A stretch of DNA of 33,971 bases from a bacterium (GTDB taxonomy: Bacteria; Patescibacteriota; Minisyncoccia; Phycocordibacterales; SBAW01), in NCBI GenBank assembly GCA_021814825.1, contig JAKAHS010000002.1, positions 1 through 33,971 of the forward strand, written 5' to 3'. Below are positions 1 to 8,100 of this stretch, in pieces. Every line of letters begins with the position of its first letter. Positions within the stretch are counted from its first letter, which is position 1. The translations under genes were made by a program, and so were the position numbers. The notes below the pieces were generated by a model. That model worked only from the letters and a program-made list of their open reading frames with translations. It was not told where the DNA came from and did no database searches.

Positions 1-959
1 CCGTCTTCGATCGCACCGCGATGGATCTCGCGATCGACCGCGTCGTCGAGCAATCGATCCGCCGCACCCTTCGGAAGTTTCGCAAAGCGCTCATCGCCCT
101 CGGCGAGCTCTGCGATGCGCGCGAGCAATTCTTTCTTCAGCGCGTACATGCTGTCCTTGCCGGCCTCGCCGCAGAAAACCGTCTGCGTCATGCGCGGCGC
201 GAACTCGTTGTTGAACAATTCGACGAGTGCTTCCGGCGCTTCTTTGATGCCCATGTCACGCTTCTGCTTGCCGATCTCACGCACGATGTCACCCTGCCAC
301 TTCAAGAGAATGTTGTGTTCCTCGACTGCGCGCGCGAATGCTGCGGCGACCTTATCCTCCTCAACTTCCTTCGCGCCGACCTCGATCATGTTGATCGTAT
401 TGTCGCGGCCGCAGGCGAGCAGTTCAAATGCCATGTCGTCGGAGCCGCGGAATGCGTAGGTCGGGTTGACGATGAGGTCCGAAGACCCCTTCTTCCCTGC
501 GATGCGCACTGCAGCGACCGGGCCCTTCCATGGAATGTCAGAGGTTGCGAGCGCGAGCGACGCCGCGTTGACCGCGAGTACGTCAGGGTCATCTTCATCG
601 ATCGCAAGCACGGTGATGATCACCTGCACTTCGTTGCGCATCGTCCAGTCAAAGAGCGGACGAATGGTGCGGTCGACAACGCGGCCGGAGAGGATCGCTT
701 CTTCGGTCGGTCGGCCTTCGCGGCGCACGAAGCGGCTGCCGCCGAGCTTCCCTGCTGCATAGAAACGCTCTTCGTATTCGACGGTGAGCGGGAAATAATC
801 GATATCGTCGCGCGTCTTCTCACTGATGACCGCCGTAGCGAGTATCGCGGTGTTGCCGTAGCGCAAGATGACGGAACCGTTCGCATTTTCTGCTAGGTCG
901 CTGAACTCAGCGGTCATGGTCTTGCCGCCGATCTCGCACGAGAACTTCTTTGATCGCAT
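1..959 (-). CDS. pnp: Polyribonucleotide nucleotidyltransferase (PNPase), N-terminal part; runs off the left edge
   Basis: Absent from the ORF track. Manual translation from ATG at 959: MRSKKFSCEIGGKTMTAEFSDLAENANGSVILRYGNTAILATAV..., later FLRREGRP...RVVDRTIRPLF (RNase PH domain 1). Lies downstream of rpsO as usual. Confidence 0.95.
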   Translation of the reverse strand, partial: MRSKKFSCEIGGKTMTAEFSDLAENANGSVILRYGNTAILATAVISEKTRDDIDYFPLTVEYEERFYAAGKLGGSRFVRREGRPTEEAILSGRVVDRTIRPLFDWTMRNEVQVIITVLAIDEDDPDVLAVNAASLALATSDIPWKGPVAAVRIAGKKGSSDLIVNPTYAFRGSDDMAFELLACGRDNTINMIEVGAKEVEEDKVAAAFARAVEEHNILLKWQGDIVREIGKQKRDMGIKEAPEALVELFNNEFAPRMTQTVFCGEAGKDSMYALKKELLARIAELAEGDERFAKLPKGAADRLLDDAVDREIHRGAIED

Positions 960-1061
960 AGTGCTAGTTGCGAGCGATCTCCAGATTTCAGCATTGAAGG
1001 ATTCAATACTGCCTATCCGAAGACCGCACGAAATTACTTTTTAATATCGCCACTGTATCAA

Positions 1062-1119
1062 AAAATAACCTCAGATGCGAGCTCCGCCGGATGGCGGAGC
1101 TCGCATCTGAGGTTATTTT
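1062..1119. terminator. Perfect 27-bp hairpin between NYN gene and pnp
   Basis: AAAATAACCTCAGATGCGAGCTCCGCC-GGAT-GGCGGAGCTCGCATCTGAGGTTATTTT, T-rich on both sides. Confidence 0.7.
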
Positions 1120-1126
1120 GTTCTTT

Positions 1127-1729
1127 TTATTCCTCTCCGGACATAGCTATCGCAGGGTCAATGGGTTCGCTGTCGCCACCGTCCGGCGCGTCTGCGCGAT
1201 TCGTGCCCGAGAACCAGCGGCCGCGGCCGATCAAAAACGCGCGCGGATCGTCGCACAGGTCGACAAAGTCATCAGCTGCTTCGCGCAGCTGCATCGCGGC
1301 GCTCTTACCGAACGCGATCACCTCGACCTGACATCCTTGCGAATATTTCAAATACTCGACGACCGGCACGAAGTCACCATCGCCCGTTGCAAGGATGATC
1401 GTATCGAGCTTTTGCGACATCGCGATCGCGTCGACCGCCATGCCAAGATCCCAGTCCGCCTTCTTGGCACCGCCGGCGAACACGCGAATATCTTTCACCT
1501 TGGTCTCGATGCCGAGCTTGTTGAGCGCGTCAAAGAATCCTTTTTCTTCTTCCGACTCGGTGCGGATCACATACGCGATCGCGCGCACGAGCTCGCGGCC
1601 CGCGATCGCTTCTTTGACGATGGCGCCGAAGTTCACCTTGGCGTGATAGAGATTTTTCGCACTGTGATATAAATTCTGCGTGTCTATGAAAATGCCGACA
1701 CGCTGGCTTTTTTGTTTAACGATCGCCAT
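1127..1729 (-). CDS. NYN domain protein (LabA/DUF88, PIN-like fold), putative ribonuclease
   Basis: Motifs IFIDTQNL, KKADWDLGMAVD, ATGDGDFVPVV, LREAADDFVDL. Confidence 0.9.
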   Translation of the reverse strand: MAIVKQKSQRVGIFIDTQNLYHSAKNLYHAKVNFGAIVKEAIAGRELVRAIAYVIRTESEEEKGFFDALNKLGIETKVKDIRVFAGGAKKADWDLGMAVDAIAMSQKLDTIILATGDGDFVPVVEYLKYSQGCQVEVIAFGKSAAMQLREAADDFVDLCDDPRAFLIGRGRWFSGTNRADAPDGGDSEPIDPAIAMSGEE

Positions 1730-1849
1730 ATGAAAATAGGTTATAGGTTATAGCTTGTAGGTTTTAGGAAAACCATAAGGCTTACACCAGAGATTAAAAT
1801 TATGAACGGGTCCTCTGTAAAGTATACACCGAAGCGTGGGTATCTACGC

Positions 1850-1879
1850 AAAGCGCGCGGTTGTGCCGCGCGCTTTTTT
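1850..1879. terminator. Intrinsic terminator-like hairpin after rpsO
   Basis: AAAGCGCGCGG-TTGTG-CCGCGCGCTTT followed by T run. Confidence 0.65.
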
Positions 1880-1894
1880 GGGACGGACCCGTAA

Positions 1895-2161
1895 TTACTT
1901 CTTAAGACCGAGTTTCTTAACAATAGCGCTGTAGCGCTTCTTGTTCTTGTCCTCGAGATACTTCAAATGAGTGCGTCGGTCGGCGACCATCTGCAAAAGA
2001 CCGCGGCGCGAGTGCTTGTCCTTGGTGTTCTTCTTGAGATGTGTCGCGAGTTCGTCGATACGCTTCGAAAGGATCGCGATCTGCACCTCCGGAGAACCGG
2101 TGTCGGTGTCGTGTATCGCTGATTCCTTTATTACAGCCGTTTTTTTGCGCTTAGTGAGCAT
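1895..2161 (-). CDS. rpsO: 30S ribosomal protein S15
   Basis: DTGSPEVQIAIL, HLKKNTKDKHSRRGLLQMV. ATG 2161 is preceded by TTGCGC-17-TAAGGT-6nt (leaderless layout). Confidence 0.97.
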   Translation of the reverse strand: MLTKRKKTAVIKESAIHDTDTGSPEVQIAILSKRIDELATHLKKNTKDKHSRRGLLQMVADRRTHLKYLEDKNKKRYSAIVKKLGLKK

Positions 2162-2257
2162 GAACACACCTTAGCATATCTTGACGTTTTGCGCAAGGCC
2201 TTGCGTCTATCCAAAAATAAAAAGCGCCTCAGGGGACGCTTTTCGAAAGGAGGGCAA

Positions 2258-2490
2258 ATAGAGGAGCCCCAGCTCCTCGTGGGGCGCACGATAGTGGACT
2301 GTCACATGCGCATGTGGGCGATCTTATCACCGTACACGCTCCGTGCGGCGAGTCTCCATCAGGTCCGACCATTTTCAGGTCAGTCACAACAGGAAAAAGC
2401 ATCTACGTCGCAGCTTTGAAGCGCTTTGTACCACCTACTTGCTTTCTGAGGAACTGGAGCTTCTTGTATCGTAGCAACCCGCTCCTCTAT
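2258..2490 (-). ncRNA. Candidate structured RNA (~235 nt), family unknown; contains a 24-codon TTG ORF (2477-2403)
   Basis: End-to-end stem ATAGAGGAGC/GCTCCTCTAT; nested stems close only with G-U pairs on the minus strand; upstream TGtTAGTAT -10 box; downstream terminator-like hairpin ~2215-2243. Confidence 0.45.
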
Positions 2491-2549
2491 GCGCAAGGGT
2501 GCGTTATACTAACATTGTGCGACGCTTGTCATCGCGCACACATTTTATT

Positions 2550-3458
2550 ATGTCATCCGACCTTCGTAGCCTTAAAGCCGAATTTCTTGAGTATCTTGAG
2601 ATCGAACGCGGCCGCAGCGTGAAGACGGTCGAAAATTACGACCACTATCTTACGCGCTATCTCGACTTCGCCAAGATACATGACCCTTCGCAGCTCACTG
2701 AACGCAGTGTGCGCGAGTTTCGCCTGTATCTTAACCGCGAGAAAGGCACCGCCGGCACGATGAAACTCAAGACGCAGAACTACTACCTCATCGCGCTGCG
2801 CGCCTTTCTTAAATTTTTGCGCAAACGCGGGCTTGAATCGCTATCGCCGGAGCGTATTGAGCTTGCCAAGGTCGGTGGTCGCGATCTCGAGCTCATCACT
2901 GCTGAAGAACTCAACCGCCTGCTCAAAGCGCCGAGCGGGTCTTCAGTGCGCGCTTTGCGCGATCGTGCGATCCTCGAACTTTTCTTTTCGACCGGCCTAC
3001 GCGTCTCTGAATTATGTTCGCTCAACCGCGACCTTGACCTGTCGCGTGACGAATTCTCTATACGCGGCAAGGGCGACAAGGTTCGCGTGGTCTTTCTCTC
3101 TCCCGATGCAAAGGATGCAGTGAAGGCATATCTCGACAAGCGTGCCGATCTCGACGACTCGCTCTTCATCCAAATGGGCAAGAATTCTAAGAACGTCAAG
3201 GATCTGCGCCTCACGCCGCGTTCCGTTGAGCGCATGGTCAAACACTATGCCACCAAGGCCGGTATCACCCGCAAGGTGACGCCACACGTCGTACGCCACG
3301 TCTTCGCGACCGATCTTCTGGAGAATGGTGCCGACCTTCGCTCGGTGCAGGCGCTGCTTGGTCACGCCAACATCACGACCACGCAAGTATATACCCACGT
3401 GACCGACAAACATCTTCGCGACATACACCAGCGCTTCCACGGCAAGCGCCGCGAGTGA
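2550..3458 (+). CDS. Tyrosine recombinase, XerC/XerD family
   Basis: N-terminal SAM-like domain (FLEYLEIERGRSVKTVENY); catalytic motifs GLRVSE, GKGDK, HVVRH, LGHA, QVYTH. XerC versus XerD not resolvable. Confidence 0.93.
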   Translation: MSSDLRSLKAEFLEYLEIERGRSVKTVENYDHYLTRYLDFAKIHDPSQLTERSVREFRLYLNREKGTAGTMKLKTQNYYLIALRAFLKFLRKRGLESLSPERIELAKVGGRDLELITAEELNRLLKAPSGSSVRALRDRAILELFFSTGLRVSELCSLNRDLDLSRDEFSIRGKGDKVRVVFLSPDAKDAVKAYLDKRADLDDSLFIQMGKNSKNVKDLRLTPRSVERMVKHYATKAGITRKVTPHVVRHVFATDLLENGADLRSVQALLGHANITTTQVYTHVTDKHLRDIHQRFHGKRRE

Positions 3459-3510
3459 ATATAAAAAGAACGCCCGGCATTGTGCCGGGCATGAGATCAT
3501 TTGCGGGTTT

Positions 3511-3735
3511 TCAGGACCGCTGGAGACCCAATTGTTTTTTGCACCATGCGAGGACCTTTGGCGGACAGGTCGTCACGTCGTGCGAGCAGATCCACATGCG
3601 AAACTTGTCTTCAGTCTCCGGCGTGTCGCCTAATGCGGCGAGAAAGATCTGGCGGTCCTTGAAAAGCTCGCGGCCTTGTTTGGCGAAATGATCCGCCGTC
3701 TCGTCGAGAAGCTTGCGTATTCCTTTTGCGTTCAT
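3511..3735 (-). CDS. Hypothetical protein, 74 aa
   Basis: AGGAG Shine-Dalgarno before ATG 3735; fills the gap between convergent hairpin 3472-3490 and the GIY-YIG promoter; no recognised motif. Confidence 0.55.
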   Translation of the reverse strand: MNAKGIRKLLDETADHFAKQGRELFKDRQIFLAALGDTPETEDKFRMWICSHDVTTCPPKVLAWCKKQLGLQRS

Positions 3736-3852
3736 GATCGAGCTCCTGTGTCGGTTCAACTACCAGTGTAAACTGCGGGGCCGCGTGAATGGTTTCGCCC
3801 CATATCCTCCGTTATTATCGCGCAAAAGCACTCGCCTTGCTAGTATACAAAT

Positions 3853-4137
3853 ATGAGTCCCGTTAGAGATAAAAACGGTTTTTATACATACGTGTTACAA
3901 AGTCTGAAGGATGGTAAGCTGTACACCGGATATACGAGCGATCTACGGAAGCGTTTCAAACAGCATAACGATGGCGAAAGTACTTCAACAAAACACCGCG
4001 TTCCTTTTGAGTTGATATACTATGAAATGTGTCGCAATGAAGAAGACGCGAGGTCGAGAGAATTATTTCTTAAATCTGGTATGGGCAAGCGCTATCTCAA
4101 CAATCGTTTGAAACGCTTCCTATCTCTAACGGGATGA
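3853..4137 (+). CDS. Stand-alone GIY-YIG nuclease (UPF0213-like)
   Basis: FYTYVLQS...LYTGYTSDLRKRFKQHN...LIYYE...ARSRELFLK. Confidence 0.92.
   Translation: MSPVRDKNGFYTYVLQSLKDGKLYTGYTSDLRKRFKQHNDGESTSTKHRVPFELIYYEMCRNEEDARSRELFLKSGMGKRYLNNRLKRFLSLTG
3858..4134 (+). mobile_element. Putative minimal element: GIY-YIG gene between 14-bp terminal inverted repeats
   Basis: TCCCGTTAGAGATA (3858-3871) and TATCTCTAACGGGA (4121-4134) are exact reverse complements; interior more AT-rich than neighbours. Confidence 0.55.
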
Positions 4138-4907
4138 AGTTTGTCTCTTGGAACGTGAACGGTTTGCGCGCCACGGTTAAAAATGGCGCGTGGGATGAAT
4201 TTGTGCGTACCACAAAGGCCGATGTCATTTGTTTGCAGGAAACAAAGGCAGAACCGGATCAGTTGCCGGAGAATGTGCGCACCCTGCCTGGCTTCCACTC
4301 CTATTTTTCTTGGAGCAAGGGACGCAAGGGATACAGCGGCGTCGCGCTCTATGCCAAGCAAGAGCCGGATGAAGTGTTCCGCGGTGTCGGCGTCCCGAAG
4401 TTCGATGATGAAGGACGAGTTATCGGCGCTCGTTGGGATAAACTCGTGCTGTTGAACGTGTATTTCCCAAATGGCGGACAAGGACCGCACCGCCTAGAGT
4501 ACAAGCTCGACTTTTATGATGCCTTCCTTGAATTCATTGACGCACTTAAAGAAAAGGACTTTCACATTATCTTCTGCGGCGATGTAAATACGGCGCACGA
4601 AGAGATCGATCTTGCACGACCGAAAGAGAACGAAGGCAACACCGGTTTTTTGCCCGAGGAGCGCGCGTGGATCGATGAAGTGATCAATCATGGCTATGTG
4701 GATGCATGGCGCAACTTCAATCCAGGAAAAGCGAATGCGTACACCTATTGGGATATCAAGACACACGCGCGCGATCGCAATGTCGGCTGGCGCCTCGATT
4801 ACTTTTTTGTCAGCCGTAGTCTCCTGCCAAATATCACCAAAGTCGAGATCCTTTCAGAGATCTACGGTTCCGACCACTGCCCTATTTCGCTTGAAATAAA
4901 AGAGTAA
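4134..4907 (+). CDS. xth: Exodeoxyribonuclease III / AP endonuclease
   Basis: SWNVNGLR, CLQETK, GYSGVA, NVYFPNG, CGDVN, GWRLDYF, SDHCP. Confidence 0.96.
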   Translation: MKFVSWNVNGLRATVKNGAWDEFVRTTKADVICLQETKAEPDQLPENVRTLPGFHSYFSWSKGRKGYSGVALYAKQEPDEVFRGVGVPKFDDEGRVIGARWDKLVLLNVYFPNGGQGPHRLEYKLDFYDAFLEFIDALKEKDFHIIFCGDVNTAHEEIDLARPKENEGNTGFLPEERAWIDEVINHGYVDAWRNFNPGKANAYTYWDIKTHARDRNVGWRLDYFFVSRSLLPNITKVEILSEIYGSDHCPISLEIKE

Positions 4908-5346
4908 AGCCACAGGGTCCGTAAAAGTGTTAAGACGAAGCTTGTGGCTTCGTTTTGATTTTTAAACACAAAAGCCGCTTAGCGGTTGGAGTAAAATTTG
5001 CTAAGCGGCCGGCGCTTGAGTTTCCTAAGTTAGCTTTTGAGGGACATACTACACCTTTATTATGTTACGTGTGAGAGGTTGTATGCTTCCGCTAAAATTT
5101 AAATTAGCAAACTAGCGCGTTGCATTCTGCAGATGCAACTGTATACAAAGAACTGGCGTCCGAGATACGCGTTCTTTGCATGGTTTCAATTTCCTCGATT
5201 TACTTCGAGAACTCAGAAACCAAGAGACGTATCCTTGGACATGGGTGCTACTGCATTAGGGCGATGCGTCAGCGGTCTATTTGTCAGTATAATGTCCTTT
5301 ATGTCTTTTACAAGCTGTCCTTGACGACTGTCTGTGGATAACTTAT

Positions 5347-6810
5347 TTATCCGACATGGAAGTGTTTGTGGATCTCCTTTATACTTGCTTCCTCTTCCTC
5401 GGCCTTGCGCTCCTTCCCCTCTTCACCCATCGCTTGGAGTTCTTTATCGGACATTTGCGCTAGCTCGAGCGAGCGCTTCTCCAGGTGGTCAGCTGTATTC
5501 CGAGTCGGATCATCCAATACTTCTTCAAGCAAAGCGTGCAAGATCCACCCGATCCGCGGCCCCGGGTTTTCATGTGAAATTTCCATAAGCCGCTTCCCGT
5601 CTATGGCGAGCATTCCAACAGAAATAGGGTCGCGCAACGCCTGAGCGATCATGGCTTGGTATTTCCGCAGCCGAAACGGCTGCTCCTTCGGTCTGCCTGT
5701 TCCGATACGGTCGCAAATACGAAGGTCGATCAAGGGCTCGATGTTCTCTCTGCCGACGTTCGCGATGATACGGCGCACCGCAGAGAGCGTTACCTTATCT
5801 GGGTCAGAGAAAAACATGTGCCAGCGTACCAGTTTTGTTACTATTTCGGCAGTTTCACGTGGCACCTTAAGGTTTTCGAGTATCTTCTTGGCCATGCGCG
5901 CCCCGATCACTTCGTGACCGTGGAACGTCCAGTCGCGCTTTTCATGTGAAAATCTCCGGCTTTTTGGCTTCCCTACGTCGTGAAAAAGCGATGCGAGACG
6001 GACTTCCGTAGAATAATTTTTGTCTGCCGCATGCTGTAGGGCGCGCAGATTGTGTTCGAAAACCTCATATTTGTGGGCCTGGTTCTGTTCGATCCCGATC
6101 CCTGCCTCCAACTCCGGAGCTATAAAGGACAAAACACCAAGCTGATGTGCCAATTGGAGCGCCTCCATTGGCCTATCTGACTGCACAATGCGGAGGAATT
6201 CATCGCGGATGCGCTCTTTGGATATCTTGGCGAGCTGTCCTGCCTGCGCCTGTATGGCCTCCTGGGTCCCCTTCTCTATAGAAAAACTAAGTTCAGCGTG
6301 AAGGCGGATGGCGCGCAAAATACGCAGGGCGTCTTCGGCGAAACGTTCATGAGGATCGCCAACGGCACGGATGAGCCCGTCCTTGAGGTCCTGTTTCCCA
6401 TGAAAATCGTCGATCGACTCCCCTGTTTTAGGTCGATACGCCAAGGCATTTATAGTGAAATCGCGTCTTTTGAGGTCTTCATGCACATCTTTACTCCACT
6501 CAACCGATTCGGGTCGGCGCGCATCGGTGTACGGCCCTTCCGTGCGGTACGGAGTCACTTCGACAACCTTGAGACTTGCTGGCGCGTCTTCTGTGACGAT
6601 CCCGACAGTACCGAAGTCGTTGGTATAAAAGGTGTTTTCAAACAATTCCTGGATCTGTTCCGGCGTCGCATTGGTCGTAACGTCCCAATCCTTCGGCTCC
6701 TTCCCCAGCAACATGTCCCGCATGCAGCCACCCACGACATACGCTTCAAAACCCGCTTTCTCAAGCGTCTCTGTGATGTGGAGAACTTCTGCCGGAATAA
6801 GATTCGACAT
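5347..6810 (-). CDS. cca: CCA tRNA nucleotidyltransferase with HD domain
   Basis: VVGGCMRD, DWDVTT, DLKRRDFTINALA, EDALRILRAIR, SKERIRDE, LFHDVGK. Confidence 0.9.
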   Translation of the reverse strand: MSNLIPAEVLHITETLEKAGFEAYVVGGCMRDMLLGKEPKDWDVTTNATPEQIQELFENTFYTNDFGTVGIVTEDAPASLKVVEVTPYRTEGPYTDARRPESVEWSKDVHEDLKRRDFTINALAYRPKTGESIDDFHGKQDLKDGLIRAVGDPHERFAEDALRILRAIRLHAELSFSIEKGTQEAIQAQAGQLAKISKERIRDEFLRIVQSDRPMEALQLAHQLGVLSFIAPELEAGIGIEQNQAHKYEVFEHNLRALQHAADKNYSTEVRLASLFHDVGKPKSRRFSHEKRDWTFHGHEVIGARMAKKILENLKVPRETAEIVTKLVRWHMFFSDPDKVTLSAVRRIIANVGRENIEPLIDLRICDRIGTGRPKEQPFRLRKYQAMIAQALRDPISVGMLAIDGKRLMEISHENPGPRIGWILHALLEEVLDDPTRNTADHLEKRSLELAQMSDKELQAMGEEGKERKAEEEEASIKEIHKHFHVG

Positions 6811-6932
6811 GGGTTAATTATACACGCAACTAGACTAGCCTACCTCCAACACCCGTTCGCGCTGATTCGGTCCTGTAAAAACAAAAGACCCCTTGGTAGG
6901 AGCCTTTTGTTTTTACAGCCTCTCTCGCTTTG

Positions 6933-7003
6933 TGCGGATAGGGAGAATCGAACTCCCACCCCGTCCTTGGCAAGGACGTGTCCTACCATTAAACGATATC
7001 CGC
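6933..7003 (-). tRNA. tRNA-Gly(GCC), no encoded CCA
   Basis: Acceptor GCGGATA/TATCCGC, anticodon arm CGTCC-TTGCCAA-GGACG, T arm GGGAG-TTCGATT-CTCCC. Confidence 0.95.
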
Positions 7004-7103
7004 ATGGTGACGATTATTATCATACGGCATGAATGTGTTTTGTGCAAAGTGCGCAGTTATTAGCAATTTCCTTCGATGTGGCGTTATAATAGGGTGCATC
7101 CAT

Positions 7104-7175
7104 GCTCCCGTGGTGAAATGGATATCACGACAGGCTTCGAACCTGTTATTGGGGGTTCGAGTCCCTCCGGGAGCA
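7104..7175 (+). tRNA. tRNA-Arg(TCG), no encoded CCA
   Basis: Acceptor GCTCCCG/CGGGAGC, anticodon arm ACAGG-CTTCGAA-CCTGT, T loop TTCGAGT; TATAAT upstream. Confidence 0.95.
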
Positions 7176-7375
7176 CAAAAAATCAAGGAGCCACATGCGG
7201 AGCATTTGCGACTATGATTTTGCGCTCCCGGAGGGACTCGAAAGCGAGCGCGGGCACCTGGCCAGCAGGACAGGTCGCGCGAGCATGGCGAAGCGGAGCG
7301 AGGAGCGACGGCGACGAGCGAGCGCTTGGCCGAGCCCCGAAGAAAATGCATTTAGCTAATCCTCCGAGAGTACAA
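7176..7375. repeat. tRNA-Arg-linked element with inverted and direct copies of the tRNA 3' end
   Basis: 7224-7242 is the exact reverse complement of 7156-7174; 7361-7375 CCTCCGAGAGTACAA matches CCTCCGGGAGCACAA at 13/15. Confidence 0.7.
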
Positions 7376-7450
7376 GATCCTCACGACTAGGACATAACGG
7401 AAAATTAAAAGCCACAATGGTTTTTCTTCTTAGAGCATTGATAACTAACG

Positions 7451-7492
7451 ATATACACAGATCTGTGGATAACCTTGGGGACATGTGTATAA
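7451..7492. promoter_or_regulatory. DnaA-box cluster in AT-rich intergenic DNA (oriC candidate)
   Basis: TGTGGATAA 7464-7472, TGTGTATAA 7484-7492, ATATACACA 7451-7459 (one mismatch); another TGTGGATAA at 5333-5341. Confidence 0.5.
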
Positions 7493-7579
7493 AAGACAAC
7501 GTCCAAGAAGACTTTTTGTTGTAAAATAAGGTTTGTTTGTTGGTCAAGGATTCTACTGTTTCATAAGAAACTTTTTCAC

Positions 7580-7942
7580 ATGAAAAAGAAGGAACACATA
7601 AAAATCGGGCCCCTGGGAGAGAGTGTAGCCTGCAATCATCTTAAAAGTATGGGGTTTTCTATAATCGACCGCAATTATCGTAAGGCCTTTGGTGAAATAG
7701 ATATCATCGCTAAAAAGGATGGAACCTTGCATTTCGTGGAGGTCAAGACTGTTTCGCGTGAAGCGAAGGATGGAATAGACCCTGCTGATAACATTCATGA
7801 ACGGAAAATGCAGAAATTTGGGCGGGCGGTTCAGGGTTACTTGTTTGATCATAAGACAAGTGGGCGTTGGCAGATCGACGCCCTACTTATTGTACTGAAT
7901 CTTGAGAAACAGACCGCTAAAGTTCAAATGATCGAATTATAG
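7580..7942 (+). CDS. yraN: YraN family (UPF0102) putative endonuclease
   Basis: GPLGESVACNHL, IIDRNYR, GEIDIIA, LHFVEVKT. Confidence 0.9.
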   Translation: MKKKEHIKIGPLGESVACNHLKSMGFSIIDRNYRKAFGEIDIIAKKDGTLHFVEVKTVSREAKDGIDPADNIHERKMQKFGRAVQGYLFDHKTSGRWQIDALLIVLNLEKQTAKVQMIEL

Positions 7943-8029
7943 AGCTAGCTAAAAGGTGGTTTGGTGGGGGAGTAACGCCGTGCTACACTAGCTAAGTGCC
8001 AGTGTCTTAAAAGACATAAAGGACAGAGA

Positions 8030-8100
8030 CGGGCTGTAGTATACCGGTAGTACACCTGCTTTGGGAGCAGGTAGACCGAGTCCGATTCTCGGCAGCCCGA
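8030..8100 (+). tRNA. tRNA-Pro(TGG), no encoded CCA
   Basis: Acceptor CGGGCTG/CAGCCCG, anticodon arm CCTGC-TTTGGGA-GCAGG; T loop reads TCCGATT instead of TTCG. Confidence 0.92.

Noticed and set aside
21..896. 291-aa plus-strand ORF (likewise 1091-1672, 6298-7032, 12179-12958, 13059-13772, 16486-17673)
   Set aside because: Antisense shadows of better-supported minus-strand genes; a codon-bias effect
1831..1850. Fifth copy of the hairpin family (GAAG-CGTGG-GTAT-CTACG)
   Set aside because: Core match is weak and only an 8-bp outer inverted repeat (1806-1813/1885-1892) supports it
2358..2404. SRP RNA (TCAGGTCC...GGAA...AGCA on plus)
   Set aside because: Spacing does not fit helix 8, and G-U evidence favours the minus strand
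2258..2490. Retron msr-msd or tmRNA
   Set aside because: No reverse transcriptase in the window; no tRNA-Ala-like ends
2550..3458. Prophage or island integrase
   Set aside because: Size and motifs fit a housekeeping Xer recombinase; no phage genes or att pair around it
5043..5070. dif site (TTATGTTACGT resembles the XerD arm)
   Set aside because: No matching left arm at 6-bp spacing, and nearby parS/DnaA motifs argue against a terminus
4908..5340. Short ORFs in the AT-rich gap after xth
   Set aside because: No SD or leaderless signal, atypical composition, no motifs; treated as non-coding
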